This document shows positions 11,383-26,154 of a DNA stretch of 64,000 nucleotides, piece after piece. The stretch's first letter is position 1, and each line of letters starts with the position of its first letter. The stretch comes from Vezdaea acicularis. Taxonomy: Eukaryota. The notes under the pieces were generated by a model, which searched no databases, was not told where the DNA came from, and worked only from the letters and a program-made list of their open reading frames with translations. Position numbers and translations under genes: made by a program. Where the stretch lies: assembly GCA_026025075.1 (NCBI GenBank), contig JAPEUI010000009.1, positions 1 through 64,000 on the forward strand, read 5' to 3'.

Positions 11383-11773
11383 GTTTGGACAGCCCAGCAT
11401 TCTTAATTATATATTGATTCCACTGGTCGGATAACGTCTTAATTGAGGTGATCTAATTCTCCCTTTGCACTGCAAAATCTTGAGATCTCTCGTTCATAGA
11501 ACTTGACAGTACGTAATTTTGTATTCACACGACGTAGTCCTCTATAAGGAAGCACGGGGGGCCCCCCTAATCCATTTGTGTTTTCCGCTTCCTGATTTGG
11601 GTTGAATGGATTTCCGCCGTCCGCCCCGCATTTACCGGAAAGTTAGCTCCGCCCCACGGGCGGAAACTAGCGAAAATTCACCCGCAACCCCACGCTGAGG
11701 GCATTCACCATTTTGCGGCGACAATAAGAGTGCTCTACTGACCACAATAGGTCGAACAACACAATCTAGAACC

Positions 11774-13791
<2,018 letters not shown>

Positions 13792-14194
13792 TGATATAGA
13801 TTTAGCATGGCTTAGGTTGCATGGTCCGGCGCAGGCGGTACGGCGTGCATTTATGGGGGTTGAATATCCTTTGTCGACCTCTTTTCTAGAAGTACTAGGG
13901 TCTATACCAGCTTTTTACTGACCTTTCTTGGGGTTAGCCTTAGAGAGAAATGTGGATAGCATCCTCACCTACTCGGCAGCTCATAGACTTCGATATCTAA
14001 GAGCTTTGCAATTCGAACTAGACCAACGGAGTCAAAAGATATATAGGAGACATCTACATTCAGGTCAGACTTGGGCTTAGGCCATGACCCCAACTCTGAA
14101 ATTGACCTTAGCGCTGTGATGAACTACCATGTGAACGACAGGTTCGAGCCCTTACATGTTCTATAATCTAGCAGGAGGTAATGATACACATGAG

Positions 14195-16497
14195 TTAAAG
14201 ATGCGGCGTACTCGCAGCCGCCAGTGCCAAGTTGACGATACTCACAACCCCCTCACCAAGTACCAATCCACTCGCAAGCACAATCAACCTTGTCTCATCC
14301 CCTCTCCTCCACCTCAACCACCACCAATTAACTGCGCCTCCTATAAACCTCGCTACGGTAAAGCTTGGAATATTGTACATGCCCACTGCGACCGCAATGC
14401 CGCCTGGCACCCATTGCGCCCAATGCCAAGCTCGAGCCCTACCAACAACCCTAATCACACTCAAGACTGCCCAAACAACACCAGCGCCAAGCGCCCATTC
14501 CTTCACCATGGGTGGCAATCCTTGCCCAAGTACAAGCCGGGCGGTAAAAACCCACACGTAGGCCGTTGGGACCTGAAAAAGACTTCCAGGGACTTCGTAC
14601 ACATGCGTATACAGACGATAGACGCACGCGCTGACAACAGCCCCGACAGTACTTCCAATCAGCTGTCCCCAGAACTGCGCCTTTGGGCTCGCCCCGAGAA
14701 GATGGCCTGTTTTAAGGTCCTGCATGATATCGCCCGCCTGTTGAGCCCCAGCTTCAGATAGTGCCCCAGCAAGAAGGTTTGTCAAAACAGCGTGGGGGGC
14801 GTGAGCGGAAGGGAGGAGCGAGAAGAGTAGCTGGGTGATTTTCGAGATTCCGCTGACGGGGTTGAGGTCGGTTTCGCCGAGAGCGCGGACACCGACTATA
14901 GAGAGAATGAGGGCAAGAAATAATGCGAGGATGGCGAGATTCGGGGGTAGAAGTGGAAACGTAAAGTGTGTGGTGATGAGACAGAAGCACAGGGAGAGGA
15001 GTAGGCCCACGGCTACTGTACGAGGACCGATGAGCTGATCAGGAGGGGCGTCAGGATCGGGAATGGTGCTGGTGGTAGAAAACTGACGGTATAGAGTCGA
15101 GCTTCTCGTTCTGATAGGTTTGAGGATATTGTGTTGGTCCGAGTTTGAAAGAGGGGGGATCTCATCGTCGTCCTCACTATACGGCCTGACGGCTTCATAG
15201 GACTGGCTTTTCGGTGCATGCGAGCTTAAGATACTCTTGAAACCATTCCGTCTGATTCGCGCATAGAACTCTTCGCCGTATAAGAGCGCTAGCTTCATGA
15301 GTGGACGGCCTGCTAGCCATATTAGACTAACAATTGAGTCTACCAGCATGATAGCCAAGCTAGGCCATACTATCCAGCCTTTGCTGCCATGCAACCAGTC
15401 ATCAACTGGGCCTGGAGCCCACCCACGGTGCTTAGCCAGAGGTGATAGCACACCCCATCCCAAGATTGCACCAAGGAGCATGTGAGCTGTCGTAACAGGG
15501 CCCATGATGATTCCTTGTCCGATATAGGCTGGTGAAGGATTCAAGGTCCATAGCCAGGTGTTGGCTAGAGTCGTCCCAAGAAAAGGAACATTTCGCAGCT
15601 GAGGTATGAAATAGGTTACTAATGTCTACACATTGAAGTTAGTTTTACTCCTAGAATGTGTGTTACGAGTCGAGACCATACATATATTCCAGAAAGCGCA
15701 AATGATATTACTAACAACCGTACTTTTTCTTTCCAGCTATATTGCTCGTCGGTAATCCCGCCATCTTCTAGTTCTTCATTTCCTTCCACAACATTCTCCT
15801 GGACATTGGCTGGCGGAGTCGCTACGAATGGCCTGCCCCCCCTTCTATCCTCTCTCCTCCTCAAACCCTCATTATCTATATCTCCTTCCTTCTCATGTCC
15901 TGTCCCATGCAACACCTCAATCATGAGGGCCGTCGCTGTCCCACTCGGAAACCTCAACTTCTCGCGCACAATAACTTCCTTCCTTAGCGGAACTGCAAAC
16001 ACGACTCCAAAAAACGACAAACCCAGTGCCCAAACCACTAGCATGCCCAGGCCCAGCCTAACCTCCCCCTCTCCCTTCTTAAGGAGATATTCCATTGCGG
16101 GAAACACCCCCACAAAGCCCCCAGCCAATGGCATTGTGCCAAGCGCCCCAGCAACCGTCTGTATCAAGACATTCTCGACCGGCGTGAAGGGGTATGCGAG
16201 GTATTTAGAGAAGATCTTGAAGATAGCGAAGCCGATGAGGGACGACGGCATGGCCATCCCACTGATCCAGCCAGTCTGAAGGCCAAAGTACATGTTGGAG
16301 AAGCATATGAGGGTCCCAACGAGGAGGCCAACGGCAACGCCACGGAAGGTGAAGTTCTGGGGCTCAGTCGAGTGCGTATCTTGGAAATGCTGAGCTTCAT
16401 CTAGCTCGGCCTGGACATCGTTGGAGCGGTCGCGGAGAGGGCTGCGCTCTGTTGGATTGCCATCTGGCTCTTGGCCAGAGCCCCTATCGGGTGCCAT
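14195..16497 (-). CDS. OPT-superfamily oligopeptide transporter, YSL/YGL114W-like, 748 aa
   Basis: Exons 16497-15682 and 15625-14195. Motifs: SNMYFGLQTGW, PFTPVENVLIQT, LRFPSGTATA, GETDLNPVSG, MQDLKTGHLLGASPKAQF, ASGLVLGEG. Confidence 0.94.
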
Positions 16498-16590
16498 TCT
16501 GGTGATCGTGGAAGTACAATTGAGCGCGATGGTGGTAGTGGGATGTAAAGAAAATATGGTGATCGTTGATGGATATGTCGGCCCCGCTAA

Positions 16591-16600
16591 ATGGCGTCAT
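16591..16600. promoter_or_regulatory. Candidate CYS-3/MetR bZIP site (ATGGCGTCAT)
   Basis: Exact fit to the Neurospora CYS-3 consensus ATGRYRYCAT, 94 bp upstream of the OPT start codon, inside the near-palindrome GCTAA-ATGGCGTCAT-TAGC. Confidence 0.4.
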
Positions 16601-16839
16601 TAGCTTTGGTGATTGGACCATTGTTCATCCGAAGCTCTACCGGTATGCAAATCTACCCATTCGTACAGCATTCGCAGGAAATTATTATATGCAATTAGTT
16701 GGCCAATTTGACCACTTAGATACAAGACAAGAACAAAATGACGCAAAGTTGCGCCGAAGTAAAGTATGCTAACGCCACCCATGCATTTCTCAAAAAAGGG
16801 GCCCATCAATAATACATGTATATTGCAAGCTAAGTGAGC

Positions 16840-19800
16840 TCAGAACCCAAAGCTATCCAATAGAGAACTAGATTCGGGTTCTTCGAATACTGTTGGAGCT
16901 TGCTTCTTTGTCGCCACAGCACTCCGCAATTCATTTAGCGTTGGGCTCTGTAGATCGTCTACTACTAATGAACTCCTTCGTCGAAGGACCATCCGTGGGT
17001 CAGGTGCGGCTTCAATTGACTTCTTTCTTGCCGGGACTGGCTTCAAAAACTCCCAATTACGAACCAGATCCAATGCGAGGAGGTCACATCCCATCCGGTC
17101 ATATAGCCGAGCGTTGTGGATGATGAAATCCCATTCCATACGTCCGCTAATCTTCGAGGCCCCTTTCAGCGTCTGAAGGGTCTTCTCACGTAGTTGCTTG
17201 TACAGCACCACAAGAGCCGGATCATCCGCCAAAAAAAGCTTCGACTGAGTTCCTGGCGTTTCCGGAGTGTCGAGCAATGTGTATACCGGCGAGATCAAGG
17301 CTCTAACGGCCACGTCTCGCCGGTTCAGCATCCAGAACGCCCATGTTGCCATCCAGCGATTGCCTTCTTTTGCTGCTTCGACAAGAACCTTCTCTTCAAG
17401 GAGCTCTCTTAGGACTGGACCGTCATCACCTTCGTAGATCCGAGCTATTGCAATTGCAAGCTGTAGATCGTTCATTTGGTTTGAGCAAACGTTTACCGCG
17501 TCTTTAAGGCAGTCAGCTAAGAGAAAGAAAGCCGCCGCATATTCTAGTCCAATCAGTATGTGTTCTTGCAATAGGATAAAGATAACTTACCAAAACGATG
17601 CTTTCCAAGCAGCGCATACGCATTCTTCAAGGCTGCAGTTTTCCATCGTGCCTCTTTGAAATTATTTGCAAGAAGCTTCTGGGTAGATCTCTGCTCTCGA
17701 TTCCAACCAGCCATTCGCCAGAGGCCAACGAGAACGTTCTTCTTCTTGAGAGCAAAATAATATAAGCTGCAATCGATAGGGTTTTTCTCATCAGTAGCCG
17801 TGTACTGATTTCGTGCTATCACCTCAAATTGGTTGCGCTAGGTTGGAGTCTATCAGCTACGATCTTTCTTAGATATTCAATAGGAGACGTGTTTACCAAA
17901 GCAGTCAGATCTCGCATCCACATGAACATTCCACTCTCTTTCGCATGCTCCCACAACATCTTTCCATGGAAATTTCTGGATACAAGATCAACTAATATGT
18001 CTTGGCTGTTACTGTGAAAAGCCCATACGATCTCGCGCCAGGAGATGTTGATTTGCGAAGTTGCACCTTGAGACCTTCGCAGCATATGTTGACGGAAGAA
18101 AAGTAGATATCTTGTAGCATTGTCATCCATGGATCTTCTGTGCTTCTCAACTGTGGCTACGCATTCTATGATATCTGCCAAGTGAATTTGCTCAGGACTT
18201 GACAGCTGCGGAATGGCTACGTGAGTCAGTTTCTCGGTCAATGAAGAAGCAAGATCCTCGTTAAAACTATCTACTTCCTCGTCGTCGAAGTCGGCATATG
18301 ATGAGTGCATTTCTTTCTTCGCAGGGTTCGGTATATCCTATGCAGAGGAAGCAAAGTCATCAGCACTCGTTCTTTATGGATATTCATATGATATCGGAAT
18401 ACTCACTTCTATAGGTCTATAGAAGTCTTCTGTTTGGATCCCTACAAATCCGTCAAGTTCATCACCTTCAGAGAAGAACTTTAGCTTCCTGTGAAGACCA
18501 ATCAAAATCTTTTGCACCAGGACTGATTTTCCTGACAGAATAGCCTGAGCCAGGAACTGAGGATGGAAAACAGGAAGCGACCCATTGAGACGTGTAACGA
18601 GGCTGAACAGATCCGTAGTAATCCGCTGATGGGTCGGTAGTCTTAGGTCGGTCACAAATTTATCAGCGACATCTACGGTCTTTTCGTAGATGAACAGCTG
18701 ATTACCTGCTCCGATGACGAAATTACCACCACCAAGCCAGATAGAGTCGCCGATAGGGTGAGGAGTCATTTCCTTGATACGGATCTCTCTGATCTTCGCC
18801 CAAGCAGGCCCGGCATTTAGGTAATCATATCGCAATTGCGACATTAAGACGACACGGTGTGGAAACCCGACAGCCAAAATCGACTGGTCATCCGGAGTTG
18901 ATGTCCAGTCAAGATCCTGAATGACGTCCTGAGCATGGAAATCATCTTCATACTCTAATTGTGCTCCCCGCAAATCCCATATAGTCAAGCCCGTGCGATT
19001 CGCGTCAACCAAAGCGGATTTTCGTATGGAGGTGCCACTTGCAAGAGATGGATTCATGATGCCAGTTTCCACAGTCGAAGTCAGAAGCCACCGTACAATT
19101 TCCTTGTCGCGATCAACCTTGGCGGTCCAAGCTCTTAGTACACCGGCATTCGTGTAAGAAATTGCAACGTCTCTTGCAAAAGTATCCATAAACCCAGAGA
19201 TTGTCGTGGTTGGGCCTGCTGGATCGACCGGGAGAACAAAAGCCAGATCATCCTTCATTCCCAGGTCAAACCTTGAGAACTCGCGAAGAAGTGTTGAAGA
19301 ACCATGCAAACCAGAAGACCCATTTGTCGTCAATTGTGGAGGAAGTGATATTTCCCAAACAATCCCTTTCATCTCGGAACTAATGGTTGCTACATGAGCA
19401 ATCCTAGCGGTTTGTTCGACCTCTGGTAACAGTATCAATGCTAATGGTTTCCCCTCAATCTCATAAGAGCAGTATGCAAGTTGGGCTCCGAGGTGGTCTC
19501 GCGTGTCCCAAAGGGTGATAGCGCCGTAGTGCAGAAAGGCAACATAGTCCCCTTCTTGAAGGACACATGTCCTATGGATATGTTCAGGGACTGTCAATTG
19601 ACTCTGTCGGATAATTCTTGTCCCATGCTTAGTAGCCGTTTGCTTCCATACCAGTCCTTCGTTATCACTGGTTCGTGATACAAGCGCTCGACCACTTGCT
19701 GTTCGGACAATTTTCTTGATGGATGAAGCATGCCCAGACCAGATAGCTTTACGTATCAGTCGATCCTGGCGTGGCGATGGGTCGAACAGCTCGCTGATGT

Positions 19801-21015
19801 CGGTCTCCAGCCATTCAATTCTCCCATCGAAATGGTGGGCTAAGATAGTAAATTTCTCGCCCGCTCCTTCCCCACAGAAGTTGTAAAATTGGACGTTCCT
19901 AAGCTCATCTTGAGCACCATGCGCAAAATGTAGCTTCAGGCCTTCAAAATGGGCCACGTTGAATAAGTTGGTCGTTTTCCGGGCTTTGCACCCGACGTTC
20001 TCAAGCCCCCAGGCGGACATGCGCCCCTCATCATCCAATGCCACGCAGATCTCAGGGCTCCGGTTCGCTATTTCGATCAAATGCTCAAGCCCACCCTCTT
20101 GCTTGTCCGAGTCCTTAGCTGACTCAATGGCGCGCTGAGTACCAAGTCCAAACTCGCGACTATCGATAACGAAAGCGAAGCGCCTTGTGGAAGCCGCTGC
20201 TAAGTTGGACAATCGTGGCTTAATAGATTCCTGCAGATCTATCTGCGCCCATTGCTGTAATACCTGAAGACCATGTGGGTCCGTAGCTGCCCATATCCTT
20301 AAGATGTTATCAGCGCAGATTGTGTAGAGAACATTGTCGATGGTCTGGTCTCTGTGGAATGGTCTACGCCAGTGCATACCTGTGATTGTTGTTGGGTGAG
20401 AGAGGTATGTGAAGTCAAATCTTGAGTCGTCGTCTTCACCGGATCCTAGTCTCCTCCATATCTTCACTAGCCGGTCATGCCAACCCGTAGAAGATATTAA
20501 GCTAGAATCATATGAAAAGTTCGCAAATTTCACTGGGTTGGCCAGTTGTATGGACCAGATGGAACGCTGAGACTGGTTCATGGAGAACAACGCTAGTTTT
20601 GACCCCCCAATGAGTAGCTCTTCAGTGAAACCCCAGGATAACGTAGACACGCCATCGTCTTCTGGCGTGAAGGAGCACTGGAGACTCCATTTTAAAGCTC
20701 CGTCTTCCTTGCCGTACGGTTTGTAAACGTATACGGTGCTCTTCGTGCATGCTGCGAATTTTCCTGTGCTCTCGTCAAGCGCGATGGCCTCTAGCTCTTC
20801 GCCCTCCTTATGATATATAGTTTGTAAGATAGCATCGGCTGCAGAGAGAATGACGACCGCATTGCCAGAGATATACGCCTATGGATGTCAGCTCCTGAAA
20901 ATTGATATATCACAATAGCGGCGCAAAGACTCACAATCAGTCTCTGGTTATGCCATTGCCCTACGCAGACAGCTTGGAGCTTGGCCTGAGGCTTGCCCGG
21001 CAGGACTGCCCGCAT
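16840..21015 (-). CDS. RAV1: RAVE complex subunit Rav1 (WD40 repeats plus Rav1p_C), 1314 aa
   Basis: Exons 21015-20935, 20878-18407, 18337-17897, 17837-17591, 17543-16840. Motifs: MRAVLPGKPQ, DLDWTSTPDDQSILAVGF, LPVFHPQFL, WKTAALKNAYALLGKHRFEYAAAFFLL, LYDRMGCDLLALDLVRNW. Confidence 0.95.
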
Positions 21016-22067
21016 GTAAACGGTAGGAATCTTAGTAGTCTAGCGAGCCAGTAGCATATCTTGACAGCAGCTGACTGAGTGGATGGGAGGCAAATAACAT
21101 CAACCGCGGAGCACTGGTTGTAGATATCGAACATGAACGTCGCGCATGCACAATTCACTTAGCGGCCTCGCGAAGTCTCCGATGACGCGTGGACAAGATA
21201 ACATTACGGTCTATATTGTTCTAACTTTGTACACAAGCACCATATGGAGATCCCAGCATCTATGTCCCTGCCACAAGGTAGGTATGCCACGGTTATGCAA
21301 CCTGCAGAATGTTCTTTCCGCAGATCGGCGGCGTTCTGCATTGGGAGCTTGTTGCGCCCAAGCTTGCACCTGCACCCCCACACTTCGCTAAGCTAATGGG
21401 GACCCTGAAAAGATAGCCGATTGGATGCTCAACCTTCAATTCAGCTGACCAATGGAAGGCCTTTTCACTGCTGTAAAACGTAGATTAATGCCAACGTTCC
21501 ACACATCGGAATCTACCGTCTCCCGAACAACAAGCTATTTCAAAGACTACTGGAAAGGTTTTCTCCCGGCCCAAGGAGAGTAGTTTGCGCTATTCCTCTC
21601 GGAAATCACTAACCCTAGACATCGCCAGCTAAACATCCATAAGTTACCTCCTAATCTATTTGAACATTGCTACTTCATAAGCATGTATACCCACGTGAGA
21701 GCGTGTGAGGTGTGAAGTTTCAGGTACCCTCTTATTGTATAAACAGCACCTCATTTAATGGCCGTGCCTCCGAGTAGCCTTCCAGTGTTGCCCAAGTGTG
21801 AGACACAGATATCTTGTCTTCAAGTCCATGAGTGAACTCCGGCAACACTCTCGATTCTTGGTGCACGGAAACGCTCTGAAAGGAGAGAGACATAAAATTT
21901 CATTAACGATCAGATTTCCAAACTATGCACCCGAAAAGATCCCCTGGCCATCCAACCAGCCCCATCCAATACCATGCATGCGATGACATGAATCATGTTC
22001 TTCGTTTCCAGGCCCCAAACTCCTAACAGCACGCTTGAACGCAGCACCACACAAGAACATCATGACG

Positions 22068-25000
22068 CTAATCCTCCCTTTCATCCTCCTCGGCTAGAAA
22101 TGTCGATGATGCCTCCCTAACATCTTCTAAAGGCTCCCGTGGCCTGCTCAAGCCGCTTCTCCCTAAACGCGATCCCCACACTCCCGGAGTGCTAGTCGCC
22201 TGCGCTCTCAGCCTCTGCAGCAGAGTCGTATTCCTCGTGAGCGGAGGCGTCCCAACCGGTGTAGTGGAGGGCCTTGCCAGGGCCCTGGTGTACGCCGCAC
22301 GCTTCGACGGCGTGCTTAGATAGACTGCTCGCGGAGTCGACGTGGGTTGAAACCCGAGACCTGGAGCAAATTCAGCAGGATCGAACGTGTCGTCAAAGGC
22401 CGTCCAGTCTTCAGCACGCCGTGTGGCTCCTAGGACAGACTCTGGAATCCCTTGATCTTGGTTCGCATCCTCGCTGCTCTGAACAGCCGTTTGACTCGAA
22501 GATTGCCTCCGTTGTCGTGCTTGGGCGAGGTCGCGCCAGTATCGCAGCATGCTCCGGTAATGCTTCCTTGTATTTCGCTCCTGGAGATCTTGGGCGCTTC
22601 GGATGCGAGTCTTGATTTCGAAGGCGCGCATGCCGAATTTGCGGAGCTGTACTGCTGCCACGTTCGCAATGTGGAGGTGATCCAACTCCGTGGCTCTGTT
22701 CACCATTTCTCGATGCCGATTCAGGCGAGAGACCCAGAGGTTAAAATGAATCCTTTCTAGGGATTGTACGCGATACAACTGGCATTCTCGGGTCATCTCT
22801 GCGAGCTCATCAGTCCGCGCTCTCCAGCTATCGAAGCAATTCATCCCCACGATGACCAGACGATTGGCAAATACTGCTTCCGCCTGGTGTTCGATGTCGA
22901 GCTGATGCGCTGTGTGTTCACGCCAAGCTAAGAGGACCTTAGTCGCCAAATTGATCTTGACCTTCCGCCGAATGACCGCATAAGCAGAACGACGCTTTTC
23001 TCGCTTCGATTTTGTTAAGGCTTCTTGCCAGCGAGTAATGGAACTCTTTGTCAAGAAAAAGAACCTCGCCAAATCGGCCCTCTCATCAAGCTGCCGTAGG
23101 TATTGAGACTTTTCGACCCATGTACTCAATGCTCGCTGCAAGACTCCAGGGGCGTAAAACTCACGCGCAAGTCGTCGTCTTTGAGCCTGTAGGTCCATTT
23201 GAAGCTTCCATCGGCCTAAAAGGCCTCTCAGCAGTTTCCTATCACGATCATCTTTAATAGTATCCTCGATTCTTGAAGACTCTGCTTGGCGGCTCTTCCA
23301 CTTCTGGACCAAAGTTACAAAAGTCTTCTCGACAAGGCGACGTTCAGATGTCCTTTTGATGAGCGCGTATCTCTCAGCTAGAACCCATTTGTACATAGCT
23401 TCGAGAATTACACGCTCGTTTATCTGATCGACGAGGGTCTGATAACGCAGGCGATCATTCCAGGTTGTCCAGGCATTTCGGAGGATGCGGGAGTGGTTGG
23501 TATATGCAGCGTATTGATTGAGTCTTGTAACATGGAGCCACTGGCGAATAGTGTTCCGCAGTACCCTGCCGTTTCCCACTGCCGAAACGTACCTCGCTGC
23601 TGGTGCCAAGAACGTCTGTTTACGCCATATCAGAAAATGTTCTCTGATCGTCCGCCTTTGAGAATGATCTGCTGCAGCCTGAAGGCGTTCACGAAGGAAT
23701 CGACTCCGCTGGGTGAGTAATGCAAGAGTATTGCCTTGCACTTTAAGCCTCCATATATTTTCCACCCAGCCTTCACGTTCCTTCCGTTCGCGAAACGCGT
23801 TCACCCAATTCACCAAAGCTCTTCTCTTCCTTCTTTCGCCGTACCACTGCGGCGCTCGTTGTCCGCAGAAACTCCAGAACCAACGCCAGTACACATTCTG
23901 CACTAAGTTATGCTGGTAGATAGCGACCGCTTGCGTGGCATTCGTTCGAATGGTCTCTAGCTTACTCCTCCACAGTCCAAAGCACCTCTTAAGGCCGTGA
24001 CGATAGACCTTCAATTGATTGACAACCGTGATATCGCGCCAAGCGTTGAAATATCTCGTTCTTAACATGTGCCTCCTCGCAGTCGATGTCCTCTGGGTTT
24101 CCTCATAGGCCAGTTGCGCCCAATGAGTGAACGCTTTCGTAAGAAGATACAAGTCTCGGGCCTTGTCAGCTCTGCGCTCAATCCTGGCAAAGTATCTGTC
24201 TATCTCCCTCGCCTGCCTTTGATCTCTCATGTTTTCTTTCCAGATCTCTAAAGCTTGTTTGAGTAATGTCCCTCTATCGTAGTTCTTTGCTCTTAATGCC
24301 AAGTGGCGGTGATAAACCGCTACTTGATTCGCCTGGTAGCTCCAGCCGCGAAGAATGCGAGTAGCGATACGTTCTATGTGGCTACGATGCAGCATATCTG
24401 CATACGAAGATAATTGCGCCTGAGAAGGATAGATCAGTGGGCCCCCAGGTGCTAGATTTTCCGAAGGCGAGCTCTCCTCACTGACAATACTTGCATAATC
24501 TTGTTCTTTTGATGCCAATCCGTTACTCCTTACCCTTGATCCCATGAGAAGAGGGCGCTTTCGAAGGTTTGCGTCTTGCGATGAAGCTCTTTCCGTCGTC
24601 CGCGTGGTCGGTCTCGTGGAGGGCCGGCCGTCATTGAACATCGATGCGCCCGTCTCTGGTCGTGACATCGTGGACTGGGACCTAGCTCGCCGGTGTATTT
24701 GCCTCGTGCTCTCATCGCCAGCATCATACATTGAATTGAACGAATTCCGTCGTGTTCGACCCCTCGGGCTATTTTCCTGCTCCTCAAGCAGCTCTCTGGC
24801 AACCACAGGCGTGCCAATCTCCTTTGTGAAGTCTGGGGGCGCGTCGCCTTCCTCGTCGAACTCGAGTCTGATGCCCATCTCGTCCAGCAACGCTTCGAAT
24901 TTCTGGTAAAGAGAGCCATTGCCAGATACGCCTGCCACGCGTAGCAAGAGCCGAAAGTATAGTCGGTCATGATCTGGCTCCAATCCGATGTCGCGGAGCA

Positions 25001-25226
25001 CATTGTTATACGCTTCGAAGAGCGCTTGGAAGGGCTTCTGAGCCGCTTCGGGCCGGGTTTGCGCGGCGGTGATGATGGAATGTAGGACTTCGACATCTGA
25101 GAATCATCAGCTTATACGTCCAGCTTGGAAGCGCAACTGAGGAAGCATACCATGATCTGTCAGAGCGTTTTGCTGATGTAAGTCGACGTTGGTCTCAGAT
25201 TGCGGAGACGTCGGAGGCATGGGCAT
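22068..25226 (-). CDS. SFI1: Spindle pole body half-bridge protein Sfi1 (centrin-binding repeats), about 1034 aa
   Basis: Exons 25226 (or 25220)-25151 and 25096-22068. Many Trp-anchored repeats (LLTKAFTHW, LRTRYFNAW, LRNAWTTWNDRLR, AMYKWVLAER); C-terminal YLSTPSKRA. Confidence 0.9.
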
Positions 25227-25416
25227 AAGTTGCGCCAGCTCACCGCCCGGCTTTAGAATATCTGAGATTGCTCATGCAGAGCGGCGCGCGCAAGACGCCT
25301 GGGCATCGGCTGTAAGAGAAGTCGGGCCGAGAGTAGGGTACAAGCATATTATAAGAGTAAAAAGCGTTGCTATGATGGGGCTGCTAAACATTGCGTGTTC
25401 CGCAAGGATACTTTTG

Positions 25417-25454
25417 ACGCGTGCAGCGGCGGTTTCGAGCCCTCTGTTTTCGCG
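25417..25454. promoter_or_regulatory. MCB (ACGCGT, 25417-25422) and SCB/MCB-like (TTTCGCG, 25448-25454) elements upstream of SFI1
   Basis: Motifs read directly, about 190-230 bp upstream of the SFI1 ATG in the divergent SFI1/CX9C intergenic region. Confidence 0.4.
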
Positions 25455-25705
25455 AGAGTTATCGGTGAGGAGCCAATCGCTAAATTCCGACTCGCGGATT
25501 GGTCGAGTCCAGTAGACATATATTTGGAACCTTGCGATGCGAATATCTTCTTGACGTCAATCAATATTTCTCCAGCTCTCTACGTCTGCAAAGTCTAGTC
25601 TTGCATGTCATTTGAAGTCCAAATAGCGTTGGCAGCTACTCTGCTGCTAGTGATTGCGGGCCTTCCATTGTTGATACGGCTCGAGAAGACTAAGCCACGG
25701 GTCCA

Positions 25706-25993
25706 ATGACGCCGAAACCCACTCGGCCCATCGTGAAGTTCGCAGAAGCCGCTGCAAAATGTTCTGCGGAAGTATGTACCTTTTTCTAAATCAATCGCTG
25801 TGGATACTGATTGCATCCAAGGCTAGTGCATATGGGAAATGCGTTGCGGTCGACTATAATAATGTCTTTAAGGACAAGTGCTTAACGGAGTTCCTTAGGT
25901 TGAAGGAGTGTTATATAGTAAGTTCAACTGCAGCCCTTCTCGTCTTCTCCTTATTGATATTAAGCAACTCAGAATGCTTCGAAGAAGCGATAA
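25706..25993 (+). CDS. Small twin-CX9C mitochondrial intermembrane-space protein, NDUFAF8-like, 60 aa
   Basis: Exons 25706-25771, 25822-25917, 25973-25993 give MTPKPTRPIVKFAEAAAKCSAEASAYGKCVAVDYNNVFKDKCLTEFLRLKECYINASKKR, with two CX9C motifs; donors GTATGT and GTAAGT. Confidence 0.85.
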
Positions 25994-26154
25994 TATAGGA
26001 TATAGTAGCATCAGGCCAAATTGATGTTTCTATATGGTAGCATTTTTGGTCGTCATCCAAATAGTCATTTCTCATTTTTCTTATCTATCGTGACATGCAA
26101 AGCTATTCTAATGCTCTCGAACTTTTACCGAATGACGCTTCACCAGAACGAGGG

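Noticed and set aside
14110..14160. tRNA T-loop-like GGTTCGAGCC and C-box-like GTGATGA (also GTTCGATTCC near 49933)
   Set aside because: No complete T-stem, cloverleaf or suitably placed D box.
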